The notes: a model not told the origin generated them from the sequence alone. A stretch of 64,000 bases of DNA from Pseudomonadota bacterium (GCA_021827145.1 JAKAXK010000001.1:9006-73005); one strand, 5' to 3'. Positions 29,439 through 39,057 are shown, numbered from the stretch's first letter. Made by a program: numbers and translations.

Positions 29439-29718
29439 GCCGCCTCCTTTAGGACATAGGGGATAGTACTGCCCCCATTGTAGCCGCTTTCTGGCGCCGA
29501 ATGATTCGTGACGCGACGAAGCCGGCTTTCAGGATAGTACGGATATCGGAAGCGCCCTATACTGTCCGCGCCTGGGCCCGAACAGGGCTGCTGTCTCGTG
29601 CAGCCGATACACGCAGCCACGATCGCCTTCCTTGGGCGCCGCGGGGCTCGGGGCCTGTGTGGTCGAAGGGGATGTCGGCTATCCTATGCCAAAAGGCCGA
29701 GCGTGCGGAGATTAAGGT

Positions 29719-30213
29719 ATGACGAACAAATCCAAGGTCGAACTGGCCGAGTTCCTGACCCACCAATACCTGTGCGAGTCGCTCACGATCAAAGAGGTCG
29801 AGACGCTGCTCGATTACACGGAACTCGTACAGTTTCGCAAGAACGCTACCATCGCGGACATTGGTGAGGTCGGTGAGGCCCTCTTCTTCGTCGTAAAAGG
29901 CGAGGTCGCGCTCTATTACGACGATGGCGGCCAGGAGAGCGAGGTCGGGCGCATGACCGAGGGGGAGCTCATGGGCGAAATGTCGTTTTTCGACCGCAAG
30001 CCGCGCTCGGCACGCATGCGCGCCAAGTCCGACGACACGCGCGTACTCCTTCTATCGCGCGCTAAATATAAGCGTATCCGCGTGGAACACCCCTATATCG
30101 CGGTGAATCTCCTCGAACACGCGGTGATCAGCCTCGACCACCTGTTCCGGCGCGTGAGCAATGACGTGGCACTCTTCTCCCAGTACATCCATGGGGGCGG
30201 CATCAAGAGGTAG
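29719..30213 (+). CDS. cyclic nucleotide-binding domain protein
   Basis: The cNMP-binding phosphate-binding cassette 'GELMGEMSFFD..PRSA' is present in a single-domain protein. Confidence 0.7.
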   Translation: MTNKSKVELAEFLTHQYLCESLTIKEVETLLDYTELVQFRKNATIADIGEVGEALFFVVKGEVALYYDDGGQESEVGRMTEGELMGEMSFFDRKPRSARMRAKSDDTRVLLLSRAKYKRIRVEHPYIAVNLLEHAVISLDHLFRRVSNDVALFSQYIHGGGIKR

Positions 30214-31561
30214 TCCCCAGGGCGGCGAGCAGACGGCCGTGCAGGCCCGCGAAGCCGCCATTGCTCATGATGAGCACGTGGTCGCCGGCGCGGGCATCCG
30301 CTGCGAGGCCTGCGATCAGATCCTCGTGCGTACGATAGACGCGGACACGACGGTCCGCCCCCCCCGTGACCGCCGCCTCGACGTCCCAACCGATATCCGG
30401 CGGGGCATAAACATAGGTCGCATCGGCCGCGGCCAGCGAGGGACCGAGGGTCTCGCGGTGCACACCCTGACGCATGGTATTGGAGCGCGGCTCCAGGACG
30501 GCCAGCACCCGCGCCGGGGCCACCCGTGCCTTCAGGGCCTCGATCGTGGCGCTTATGGCGGTCGGATGATGCGCGAAATCGTCATACACCGTGACGCCCC
30601 CGGCGCTCCCGAACACCTCGAGCCGCCGCTTCACGCCACGGAAGGTCGCAAGCGCCTGCAAGGCCGTCTCCGGGGCCACCCCGGCAAAACGCGCCGCGCT
30701 CAAGGCCGCGAGCGCATTGGCCACGTTGTGGCGGCCGGCAAGTCCCCAACGCACGGTGCCGAGCTCGACGCCGCGTAGGCGGACCCGGAAGGCACTACCA
30801 TCGGGGGTCAATAACTCTGCCTCCCACCCGTCGGGCCTCGAGAAATACTCGATGGGCGTCCAGGCACCGGCGGCAAGGACCTCGGCAATGGCCGGATCGG
30901 CGCCATTCGCGACAATCAGCCCCGTACCCGGCACGATCCGCAGTAAATGCTGAAACTGGCGGGAGATCGACGCCAAATCCGGGTAGATATCAGCATGATC
31001 GTACTCCAGATTGTTCAAGATTACGGCCCGGGGCCGGTAATGGACGAACTTGGCGCGCTTATCGAAAAAGGCCGTGTCGTACTCGTCGGCCTCGACCACG
31101 AAGAAACGCGATGGCGTAAGCCGCGCGGACACCCCGAAGTCCTGCGGCACGCCGCCGACCAGAAAGCCGGGATCGAGCCCCGCCTCCTCGAGGATCCAGG
31201 TCACAATGCTCGTGACCGTGGTCTTGCCATGGGTGCCGGCCACGGCGATGACGAAGCGGTCCCGCAGGACGTGCTCGGCCAGCCACTGGGGTCCCGATAC
31301 ATAGGGGATGCCGGCGTTCAGGACCTCCTCGACAGCCGGATTCCCGCGCGACAGGGCGTTGCCGATGACAACAAGGTCGGGGGCGGGTTGCGGGAGCCGG
31401 TCATAGCCTTCGGTCAGCGCGATGCCGCTCGCCCGCAACTGATCGCTCATCGGGGGATAGATCCCGCGATCAGACCCCGTAACATCGAAACCCGAGGCCC
31501 GCGCCAACAAGGCGAGCCCCCCCATGAACGTCCCGCCAATTCCGAGAATATGGATGCGCAT
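30203..31561 (-). CDS. mpl: UDP-N-acetylmuramate:L-alanyl-gamma-D-glutamyl-meso-DAP ligase
   Basis: 'MRIHILGIGGTFMGGLA' and 'VAGTHGKTT' match the Mur ligase layout, and the length fits Mpl. Confidence 0.9.
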   Translation of the reverse strand: MRIHILGIGGTFMGGLALLARASGFDVTGSDRGIYPPMSDQLRASGIALTEGYDRLPQPAPDLVVIGNALSRGNPAVEEVLNAGIPYVSGPQWLAEHVLRDRFVIAVAGTHGKTTVTSIVTWILEEAGLDPGFLVGGVPQDFGVSARLTPSRFFVVEADEYDTAFFDKRAKFVHYRPRAVILNNLEYDHADIYPDLASISRQFQHLLRIVPGTGLIVANGADPAIAEVLAAGAWTPIEYFSRPDGWEAELLTPDGSAFRVRLRGVELGTVRWGLAGRHNVANALAALSAARFAGVAPETALQALATFRGVKRRLEVFGSAGGVTVYDDFAHHPTAISATIEALKARVAPARVLAVLEPRSNTMRQGVHRETLGPSLAAADATYVYAPPDIGWDVEAAVTGGADRRVRVYRTHEDLIAGLAADARAGDHVLIMSNGGFAGLHGRLLAALGTTS

Positions 31562-32061
31562 CAGCTTTTAGGGAGAGGAAAGAGGGTGATCAGGACCCAG
31601 CCGCTCACGAAGATGCCCGTCATGGTCATGAGGGCGCTCAAGGCCAGGGGCAACTCAAGCGCGTACCAGAGGATCTTGGTGACAATCGCCGCGAACCAGA
31701 TCGCAAGCGCAATGGCGGCAACCTCGGACGCCGCGGCGCCCAGGCCGTGCCCGAAAGACAGCGGCCAAGTGATCAGGTTGATCAGAACATTACTCCCGTA
31801 GATCGCGGTCATGGTCTGCCCATAGCGGACCCAGAAGCGGCGGATGGCGATGCAGAGCCCGACCCAGAGACCGAGCAGCGAGGTCTGGGCGGTGGCGAAG
31901 CTGAGCCGCTGGACGTTATGCGAAAAACCCGTATCTACCAGATAGTTCGTCACCAGGGCCAATACGGTCACCAGCACCAGCAGGGAACGGGAGGCGGGCA
32001 GATCCTGTGGGCGCCCCGACAAAAACCCGATATCGAGAAACAGTTTGAGCAGTGCCCGCAT
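31561..32061 (-). CDS. integral membrane protein, function unknown
   Basis: There are 4-5 hydrophobic helices. The stop overlaps the mpl start. Confidence 0.5.
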   Translation of the reverse strand: MRALLKLFLDIGFLSGRPQDLPASRSLLVLVTVLALVTNYLVDTGFSHNVQRLSFATAQTSLLGLWVGLCIAIRRFWVRYGQTMTAIYGSNVLINLITWPLSFGHGLGAAASEVAAIALAIWFAAIVTKILWYALELPLALSALMTMTGIFVSGWVLITLFPLPKS

Positions 32062-32171
32062 CTAGGGGCACGCGCGCAAGGGGGGTACGGGCGAGGGCGG
32101 CAACATGGGAGAGATAATAAACCGCTTCGCGGCTGGAAGAAAACGCCACATCCCTCTACACTCGCTCACCC

Positions 32172-33278
32172 ATGACCAAACTTCTGACAGACGGTACCGC
32201 GCTCGCCGCCTTGAGCGCGGCGATCGCCGCGTCGCCCTGGACGGGCCTCGATACTGAGTTCGTCCGCGAACGCACCTATTACGCCAAACTCTGCCTGATC
32301 CAGACGGCGACGCCGGAGGGTATCACGCTCACCGATCCCTTGGGCCTTGATATCGGACCCCTGGGTCAAGCGCTCACGGGCCCCGGCATCAAGATCCTGC
32401 ACTCGGGCCGCCAAGACCTGGAGCTACTGCTGCAGGAAACCGGCGTCCTGCCCGCGCCGCTCTTCGACACGCAGATCGCGGCGGCGCTTGCGGGCCACGA
32501 CGAGCAGATCGGCTATGCCAACCTGGTGGCGAAGCTGCTCGAGGTGGAACTCGCCAAGGACGTGACCCGCACCAACTGGGCGGCACGACCCTTGAGTGAA
32601 CGGCAGCTCGCCTACGCGCAAGATGACGTGCGCTATCTCGATACTCTGCGCACCGCGCTCCTTGCGGAACTCGAACGGCTCGGGCGCGTGACGTGGCTCG
32701 TCGAGGACTGCGCGGCCCTGAACGATCCCGCGCTCTATCGCTTCTCGCCCGAGCAGTTGGTGCGTCGCTATCGCCAGGGGTCCGGGCTCTCCGCGCCCGG
32801 CCAGGCCGTCTTTCAGGCGCTGCTCCTCTGGCGCGAGGAGGCCGCGCGCAAGGCCGACCTGCCGCGCACCTGGATGCTCGCCGATGCGGTGCTCGTGGAC
32901 CTCGCGGCGCGCCCCCCGAAAACACGCGCCGACCTCGGACAGCGACGCGGGCTCGACGAACGACTGATCCAGCGCCTGGGCGATCAGCTGCTGGCCGTCA
33001 TCCACGACGCCCCCGAGCGGCCGACCCATCCGTGGCCCGCCGCCCGCCTACGGCCCGAGGAAGAAGACAGCTATCAGGCGCTCACTGCCCTCATCGACGC
33101 GCGCGCCCAGGCGCTTGGCATCCAGGCGGGGGTCATAGGGTCGCGCCGTACCCTAAAAGACATCGCGCAAGGGGCGCCCCCTGGCAACCTCGCCCAAGGC
33201 TGGCGCGCCGACGTCCTCGAGGTCGAGGGAGAACGGCTCATGACCGAGATCGCGGAGCGCCATGCCCACGCTTCGTGA
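32172..33278 (+). CDS. rnd: ribonuclease D
   Basis: The DEDD exonuclease motifs are 'LDTEF' and 'YAQDDVRYL'. An HRDC-like C-terminal region follows. Confidence 0.85.
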   Translation: MTKLLTDGTALAALSAAIAASPWTGLDTEFVRERTYYAKLCLIQTATPEGITLTDPLGLDIGPLGQALTGPGIKILHSGRQDLELLLQETGVLPAPLFDTQIAAALAGHDEQIGYANLVAKLLEVELAKDVTRTNWAARPLSERQLAYAQDDVRYLDTLRTALLAELERLGRVTWLVEDCAALNDPALYRFSPEQLVRRYRQGSGLSAPGQAVFQALLLWREEAARKADLPRTWMLADAVLVDLAARPPKTRADLGQRRGLDERLIQRLGDQLLAVIHDAPERPTHPWPAARLRPEEEDSYQALTALIDARAQALGIQAGVIGSRRTLKDIAQGAPPGNLAQGWRADVLEVEGERLMTEIAERHAHAS

Positions 33279-33882
33279 CGCGGCCTTTTTGATGGGCGCC
33301 CCGCGCGTGCGCGACCTGCCGCCCGACACGGGCGCCGAGGTGGCCTTCGGCGGCCGCTCGAACGCCGGCAAATCCAGCGCCCTGAACGCCCTGACCGGGC
33401 AGACGGGGCTGGCGCGCGTGAGCAAGACGCCTGGGCGCACGCAGCAACTGAACGTCTTTGCGGTCTCGCGCGATCATCGCCTCATCGACCTCCCGGGCTA
33501 TGGCTACGCCAAGGTGCCGCAGGCCCTACGCCACACCTTCCTCGCGCTCACGACCGCCTACCTTGCAGAGCGCCGGAGTCTGAAAGGTCTTGTACTCTTG
33601 GCCGACATCCGCCAGGGCCTGAAGACCGAAGACCATGCCCTGCTCCAAAGCCGTCTCGATATCCCGATCCTGGTGCTCCTCTCCAAGGCCGACAAGGTCA
33701 ATCGCAGCGAACGTCACCGCCTGCTGCGCGCAATGGCGCAAGTGGCCCCCGAGACCGCCTATCTGCTGCCGTTTTCGACCCTCTCGCGAGAAGGCCTGGA
33801 GGAAACCCAAGAGACCGTTTTGGGCTGGCTGGGCCTGGGGCCGGCGAGCACAACCGCCTCCCCCCCGTCCGCAAGCGACTGA
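33262..33882 (+). CDS. engB: ribosome biogenesis GTPase EngB/YihA
   Basis: The G1 motif is 'GRSNAGKSSALN'. 'KTPGRTQ' and 'DLPGYGYA' are also present. Confidence 0.9.
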   Translation: MPTLRDAAFLMGAPRVRDLPPDTGAEVAFGGRSNAGKSSALNALTGQTGLARVSKTPGRTQQLNVFAVSRDHRLIDLPGYGYAKVPQALRHTFLALTTAYLAERRSLKGLVLLADIRQGLKTEDHALLQSRLDIPILVLLSKADKVNRSERHRLLRAMAQVAPETAYLLPFSTLSREGLEETQETVLGWLGLGPASTTASPPSASD

Positions 33883-34076
33883 ATCCAACGGGTCGGCCCC
33901 GGTCTCGAGACCTTGGCTGCTTTTCGCTGCTTACCCGTCTTATGCTCGGAAGTTAAGGGCAGCACTCTGTTGTACAGGCGAATCCGTGTCGATGGATCAG
34001 TAGGTCGTCCCGCCCGCACCAAGGTGCTGACGATGGATTTGGGACATCCGCGCCCACCTGCTTCCTGGGACGTCCT

Positions 34077-35222
34077 TCATTCTAATCCGGAAATCAGGGC
34101 GTTGAGGGCCTGCTGGCTCACTGGATTCGTCGTTCCGACGAAGGCCATGTTATGGTGGATACGGAAAGCGCCGACGGCGACTGGTGCGTACGGATCGCTG
34201 CAAAGCTCGATATCATAATTGCGCAGCTGATTCCCAAATTTCCCTAGCGCGATCCCGGTGATGGAAGTCGCACCTGCTTTCTTTAGGAAGGCGGCCGCCA
34301 CCCCAAACGAAACACCATACGTGGTGCAATCGTCAATGACGATGACGTGCTTTCCCGAAATACGGCCCCTGTAAAAAGGGTTGAGATGCAAGCTGACGAT
34401 TTGTCCCGTGGGGTCGGTGCGATCTACGCTGCCGCTACTGCGGGAGCGCTTAACGGACGGCGTATGCCGAATAAAGAGCGGTGTGTCACGTTGAGCATGG
34501 TGAACGCGAGATATCGTGGTCCTGAGACGATGAGTAAAATCGCAGAGCACGTCAGTATCGTCGTTGGCGCTATGTGACGACGGGTATACGCCCCATACTA
34601 AGTCCTTGATTTGGTCGGTGCCATCCATCAATAGCGACCGCGCAGTCACGGCCAGGAGCGCGTTCAAGCGGCTGCCACCATTCTTGACGGTCTTGGTTAG
34701 GCGGCTTGCGAATTGCTGCTGGGAGATGGACTTACCATACCCCGACAGGTCGGAGAGCGCGCGGATGTGGTAGTACGAGCCTTGAGCCGTAAACCACCAT
34801 TGCCCGGACCATTGGGAAGTCAAATTGAGGACCTCTCGCAACTCGGCCGCATCGTTGACCTTGATCCCCAGCCTAGTCACTTGAGGAGAATCGGACCAAC
34901 CCGCCGCGACAAGGAGGGCCCGGCCGTTCTTGCCCATTTGCACATCTTCAGGTTTGGACGCCAGCACCACGACATCGAAAGTGTTAATTTTCATCTGCTG
35001 AGCGTTGGTGACGACGATGTCGCCCGATTGGCGTCCGCGTGCCTGCAGAAACTGAACATCGGTGGCAGCGAATAAACCATCGAACCAGTCGGGTTTTCCG
35101 CCGTTTGATATCAGGCCGACCGGATATCCGGCGGCCCTTGTCGCCTTGAAAACATCCGCAATCAGCTGATCGGGCGCGCCCTGCTTGAGCATGGCATCCG
35201 GCGAAGTCATCAAAGCGAGCAT
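34077..35222 (-). CDS. degenerate HAD-like domain fused to a ComF-type phosphoribosyltransferase (island gene C)
   Basis: The C-terminal PRPP loop is 'HVIVIDDCTTYGVSF'. The N-terminal half aligns by eye to the HAD core of gene A, but no DxDxT nucleophile motif is present and motif IV reads 'ASKPED'. GC is low, and the gene starts 2 nt after the gene B stop. Confidence 0.7.
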   Translation of the reverse strand: MLALMTSPDAMLKQGAPDQLIADVFKATRAAGYPVGLISNGGKPDWFDGLFAATDVQFLQARGRQSGDIVVTNAQQMKINTFDVVVLASKPEDVQMGKNGRALLVAAGWSDSPQVTRLGIKVNDAAELREVLNLTSQWSGQWWFTAQGSYYHIRALSDLSGYGKSISQQQFASRLTKTVKNGGSRLNALLAVTARSLLMDGTDQIKDLVWGVYPSSHSANDDTDVLCDFTHRLRTTISRVHHAQRDTPLFIRHTPSVKRSRSSGSVDRTDPTGQIVSLHLNPFYRGRISGKHVIVIDDCTTYGVSFGVAAAFLKKAGATSITGIALGKFGNQLRNYDIELCSDPYAPVAVGAFRIHHNMAFVGTTNPVSQQALNALISGLE

Positions 35223-35224
35223 GG

Positions 35225-36916
35225 CTAACGCTGCTCCTCAAGTTGTTCCGCGGGCAACGAAAGGGAGTCGTTGAACCAGCGCACCAAGTCGTCGAAACTT
35301 TCATCCAGCCCTGGCAAATAAGGGCTAGGCGTGATGCTAGACAACTCGTTCCCCCCCGCCGTGGCTGCCACATGTTCCTGCAACAATGTCAAAAGCTCGT
35401 CGATCGTCTTCTTCCGGTGCGTCTCGGAATCTGCGTGAAACATGCTCATCTGGTTTTCGGGAGGGCGCTGAACCTGGTGCTGGCTCACGAACCAACTCCT
35501 GAAGGAAGGGTGCGCGGCGGAATGCGCTACGGACTTCATGTGCAGCAACGCCCCCTCCACCGAAAACACCAGGAACATGGTTTTCTCCTCAGCGGCACGG
35601 CTTTCCAGTCTCAGTTCCGCAATTTCCTCAAGCTTCTTCTGCAAGAACCGCATTCGGTACATGAGCCCAGTCGCCAGTTCCGAGCCGGTTTCGCCGTATG
35701 CGCTGCTCTTGAATTTCTCGATCGTAGAGAGCGCATCGGTCACGCTCGGTACCGGGCGATCACGCCACTTTATAGGCAGCTCGCCGGTACCCTCTTCTAA
35801 AGGTTTATCCGCTACCTTTGCCACATGGTAGTTCGCCAATTCCTCATGCTTCGTATCCGTTTGCGAGTTGGGGGTTTCGGACCATTCATCGCTCGGTGCG
35901 TTTATCGGGTCAGGAGCGGGTGCCGCCACAGCGGCGGCCGGACCGCGCCCAAACCCGACGGCGGCATGGGCAAAGGGGTCATCAAGCAAGCGCCGGTAGT
36001 CTTCGCGGCTACGCAGTACCACAATGCGATCGAGATCCGCCTCCGAGCAACGCAGCAGTTCTGCCTTGGATTGCGGAGGCCCCTCAGCGACAAGCAAGTT
36101 GGCTTGCACCTTCGGCTCATTGTTCGCACGATCCCGATCGGTGGGATACGGAACTGCCAGCCAGCGGCCATACTGCAATGCGCTGCGCGATGCATGCAGG
36201 CTGCCGCCCTTTAGATCGGACTGGACCATGACGACGCCGTCCGCCAAACCCGCCTGGGTCCGATCGCGTTTAACGAACTGTTGAGCCTGAGCGCTCTGCC
36301 CAAAGCAATACTCGCTCACCAGTGCGCCGCCGGCCTCCAGTATCTGTTCAGCTAGTTTTTTGTGTTTGCTTGGGGCAATGGTTTGGAGGCCATGCGCCAA
36401 CACCGCCACGGTATGCCCCCCGCACTCGAGCGCAGCTTGGTGCGCGATGGCATCGCAGCCAAGCGCCAAGCCACTCACGATGCTCGATCCGCTTTCGGCG
36501 AAGAATTGCGAAATTCTGTGAGCTATCTTGATACCGTGCTCAGTAGGTTCCCGCGTGCCGATAATCGCGACCGCGTGCATTGACTCCGGTGCGAGGGCGC
36601 CTTTCACGTATAGAATGAACGGATCGTCGTTTGTTGCAGTCAAGCGAAGCGGATATTCCGGGTCTGCGGCCGAAATAATGCGGGCTTGGTGGTTTTCCGC
36701 AGCCTCAATCTGTTGCTCCGCCTTTTTACTGGCCACCTGCCACGCGTTGTCCGGTTCGAGCGCCCGTGCTATCTGCGTGATTCTCTGTGCCAGCGCCTCG
36801 GGTTCCTCATCCACAAAACCAGGTATTGCTGCCACTTTCTTAAGCGAAGCCGGGCCCACGCCCTTCAACATCGAAAGCGTCAGTACGAATAGGGTAGCGG
36901 GAGAAACAACGTTCAT
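35225..36916 (-). CDS. DprA/Smf-like (SLOG superfamily) protein with an unrecognised ~250 aa C-terminal extension (island gene B)
   Basis: DprA Rossmann-domain motifs are 'SGLALGCDAIAHQAAL', 'TVAVLAHGL', 'FVKRDRTQAGLADGVVMVQS' and 'GGSLHAS'. I could not assign the C-terminal half (about 35225-36000) to any family. Confidence 0.75.
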   Translation of the reverse strand: MNVVSPATLFVLTLSMLKGVGPASLKKVAAIPGFVDEEPEALAQRITQIARALEPDNAWQVASKKAEQQIEAAENHQARIISAADPEYPLRLTATNDDPFILYVKGALAPESMHAVAIIGTREPTEHGIKIAHRISQFFAESGSSIVSGLALGCDAIAHQAALECGGHTVAVLAHGLQTIAPSKHKKLAEQILEAGGALVSEYCFGQSAQAQQFVKRDRTQAGLADGVVMVQSDLKGGSLHASRSALQYGRWLAVPYPTDRDRANNEPKVQANLLVAEGPPQSKAELLRCSEADLDRIVVLRSREDYRRLLDDPFAHAAVGFGRGPAAAVAAPAPDPINAPSDEWSETPNSQTDTKHEELANYHVAKVADKPLEEGTGELPIKWRDRPVPSVTDALSTIEKFKSSAYGETGSELATGLMYRMRFLQKKLEEIAELRLESRAAEEKTMFLVFSVEGALLHMKSVAHSAAHPSFRSWFVSQHQVQRPPENQMSMFHADSETHRKKTIDELLTLLQEHVAATAGGNELSSITPSPYLPGLDESFDDLVRWFNDSLSLPAEQLEEQR

Positions 36917-36918
36917 TT

Positions 36919-38178
36919 CTACGACCTCGGCAACACGTCACTTACGTTTTTTGCAAACGCCAAGCATCTCACGTCAGCGGCACCCTCCTCCTTTAGGTAT
37001 TGGGCGGCATATATCAGGGACGCTCCCGTCGTCACCACGTCGTCGATAACGACGTAAATAACTTTGGGATCAACAGCGCTAGGCTGTGGGAGATATAAAT
37101 GGTCACATACGTTGAGAAATCGATCATGAGCACTCAAGTGCTCCCCGTGATGGGATTTTACGCCCTCCTTGTAGGCTAGCAAACCAGGTGCGGTCGAGGC
37201 ATCGACGTCCTTGACGGGCTTCGCTTCAAAACCGCCATTCAACTGCCCCAATAGACGCTCAAGCCGTGGCGTCCTGTCCGGTCTGTGCGGAACCGCAGTA
37301 ATAACGACCTCAAGCCTCCTGCGGGACAAAGGGCGGGCCACAACGTCTTCAACGAAACGCCGCACCGCCAACAACCACTCGTTCGGAAAGACGTTGGCTT
37401 CCTTGTGTTCGGCAATGGATTTGCTGAGCTTATGCCATTTTCTGCGATGCTCCAAAGAATCGTAGTTGGCAAACGAACGTCCACAGGCATAGATGGGATA
37501 TGACGTCTTGTCGCCACCGGCTACCTTGGGAATAAAATGACCGATCTTGTCGAAACGATGCCTAGTGCTGAGGGGCTTATCGCCGGTCTCGATCAGACGT
37601 TCCAGCTCTGGCAAGAACCTTTCATGGGAACTTAGAACCTCGATGATTAGTTCCGGATTTTCGATGGTCACGTCGGGCATCCGCATAATGGCGTGCCAAT
37701 GTTCAGGCTTCCATTTGGTGGGCCAGTTACTTTTGTCGAGCGCGGCCAAGCAACCGCAATGGTAGGCTGCCCGAATATCGGCATCGTTGTCTCCGACGAG
37801 AATGACTTCTTCGACATCTTTCACGCCAAGGCGGTTCATCGCGTATGCGATACCATCACCATAAGGCTTCGTACGCTTAACATCACCGTATGCCACCAAG
37901 ACATCCCATTTAAATTTAGGATAAGCCCACGCAAGCACGGTTTCAGCATAAGGCCTGGGTGAACGCGTAAATACACCCAGCATGAGGCCGGGAAACCGTG
38001 TTTTGATCTTATCCAACAACTCTCGCGAGTAGATGACTCGGTCCGTATTCGAATCCAATGCCTTCGTGAGGCTCGCGAGCAAGGCGCTATCGGGATTCTT
38101 GCTCGATATACGCAGATCCTCTACGTCATCGGTTGAAACCAGCGTGTTGTCTAGATCGAACATACACAGGCGAAACAT
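36919..38178 (-). CDS. HAD-superfamily phosphatase fused to a ComF-type phosphoribosyltransferase (island gene A)
   Basis: HAD motif I is 'FDLDNTL', II is 'GVFTRSP', III is 'KRTKPYGDG' and IV is 'LVGDNDAD'. The C-terminal PRPP loop is 'VIYVVIDDVVTTGASL'. A GGGGGAG RBS precedes ATG 38178. Confidence 0.75.
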   Translation of the reverse strand: MFRLCMFDLDNTLVSTDDVEDLRISSKNPDSALLASLTKALDSNTDRVIYSRELLDKIKTRFPGLMLGVFTRSPRPYAETVLAWAYPKFKWDVLVAYGDVKRTKPYGDGIAYAMNRLGVKDVEEVILVGDNDADIRAAYHCGCLAALDKSNWPTKWKPEHWHAIMRMPDVTIENPELIIEVLSSHERFLPELERLIETGDKPLSTRHRFDKIGHFIPKVAGGDKTSYPIYACGRSFANYDSLEHRRKWHKLSKSIAEHKEANVFPNEWLLAVRRFVEDVVARPLSRRRLEVVITAVPHRPDRTPRLERLLGQLNGGFEAKPVKDVDASTAPGLLAYKEGVKSHHGEHLSAHDRFLNVCDHLYLPQPSAVDPKVIYVVIDDVVTTGASLIYAAQYLKEEGAADVRCLAFAKNVSDVLPRS

Positions 38179-39022
38179 TCTCGCTCCCCCTTTCGTTGCC
38201 CAAGCTAACTGATAGGTTTTTGTTCTTCAGATCCAGATATTTCATACCTCGTCATTGCGAGTACCGTGAGTTACTACGTGAACGAATGCTGCTGAACTTG
38301 GGCTACACGATAGACGCTAAAATCATGCGGCGCCAAGTTTAGGTCGATAGTACCTCAATTGCTATCTCTCTTAGGCTTCAATCATAAGGAATATTGGCTG
38401 GAGAAATCGGTCACTGGTGTGAAGCCGACCAAGGGCCGAGGGGGTCGAAGAACTTTCGGCCGAAGCAACGTCGGCGGCCGTATATTCCTGACGGAGAGCA
38501 GCCGGCGACCACTCAGATTGGATGCCGTACGTTTCCAACTCGATCGTGTATATATCTTATCTTTCGAAACCGCGGTAAGTCCGGTCTGTGCCGTAATCCA
38601 TCCAATTATTGCGCCCTATTTCGGCGAATGCTTGCGGGTCGTGGTCACGTCTTTTTTCAGATGAGTCGATGGAACTGACCGCTGGTCTTGGTCCGGAGGC
38701 CCGTGTAATGCAACAGGGTCGCCGTCGAGCGATGCACCCGTGGACCCGCGTGTTTATCCAAGAGCGCGTCGTAATCCGCGACCATTTTGGACGCGGACTT
38801 GCCGAGCAGGCGTGTACGCGCCCTGGCCCGCCTTAGCGCCACCCCGGCCAATCGCAGCGGCAACTGGTCTGCATCCCACAAGCCTCGTGACGCGCAGGAT
38901 CGGGTATTGGGGTCCGCTCTTGGCCGCGTTTCGTGACTCACGGGCGCGCGGCTTTCGTCTTTTGAACACACACAGCCGACGCGGCTTTACGAGCGCGCTC
39001 GTGTACGTATATCATGGGGCAT

Positions 39023-39057
39023 AAAAAAACCCCGGGCGCAAGGGAGAGGGCCCGGGG
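39023..39057 (-). terminator. rho-independent terminator downstream of polA
   Basis: On the minus strand the stem CCCCGGGC (39050-39057) pairs with GCCCGGGG (39030-39037) around a 12-nt loop, followed by a T7 run (39029-39023). Confidence 0.6.

Noticed and set aside
33985-34025. The sequence 'gtaggtcgtcccgcccgcacca' looked like a tRNA 3' end (acceptor plus CCA). That could have been an island attachment site.
   Set aside because: I could not fold a T-arm (5-7-5) or an acceptor stem from the preceding bases in any register, and no matching repeat occurs at the other island border.
38657-38971. A 104-aa minus-strand ORF contains 'VHRSTATLLHYTGL', which is reminiscent of the HxxR box of tyrosine recombinases.
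   Set aside because: The similarity is limited to a few residues. No downstream catalytic Tyr region or upstream Arg box is present. High-GC random ORFs of this size are common in this window.
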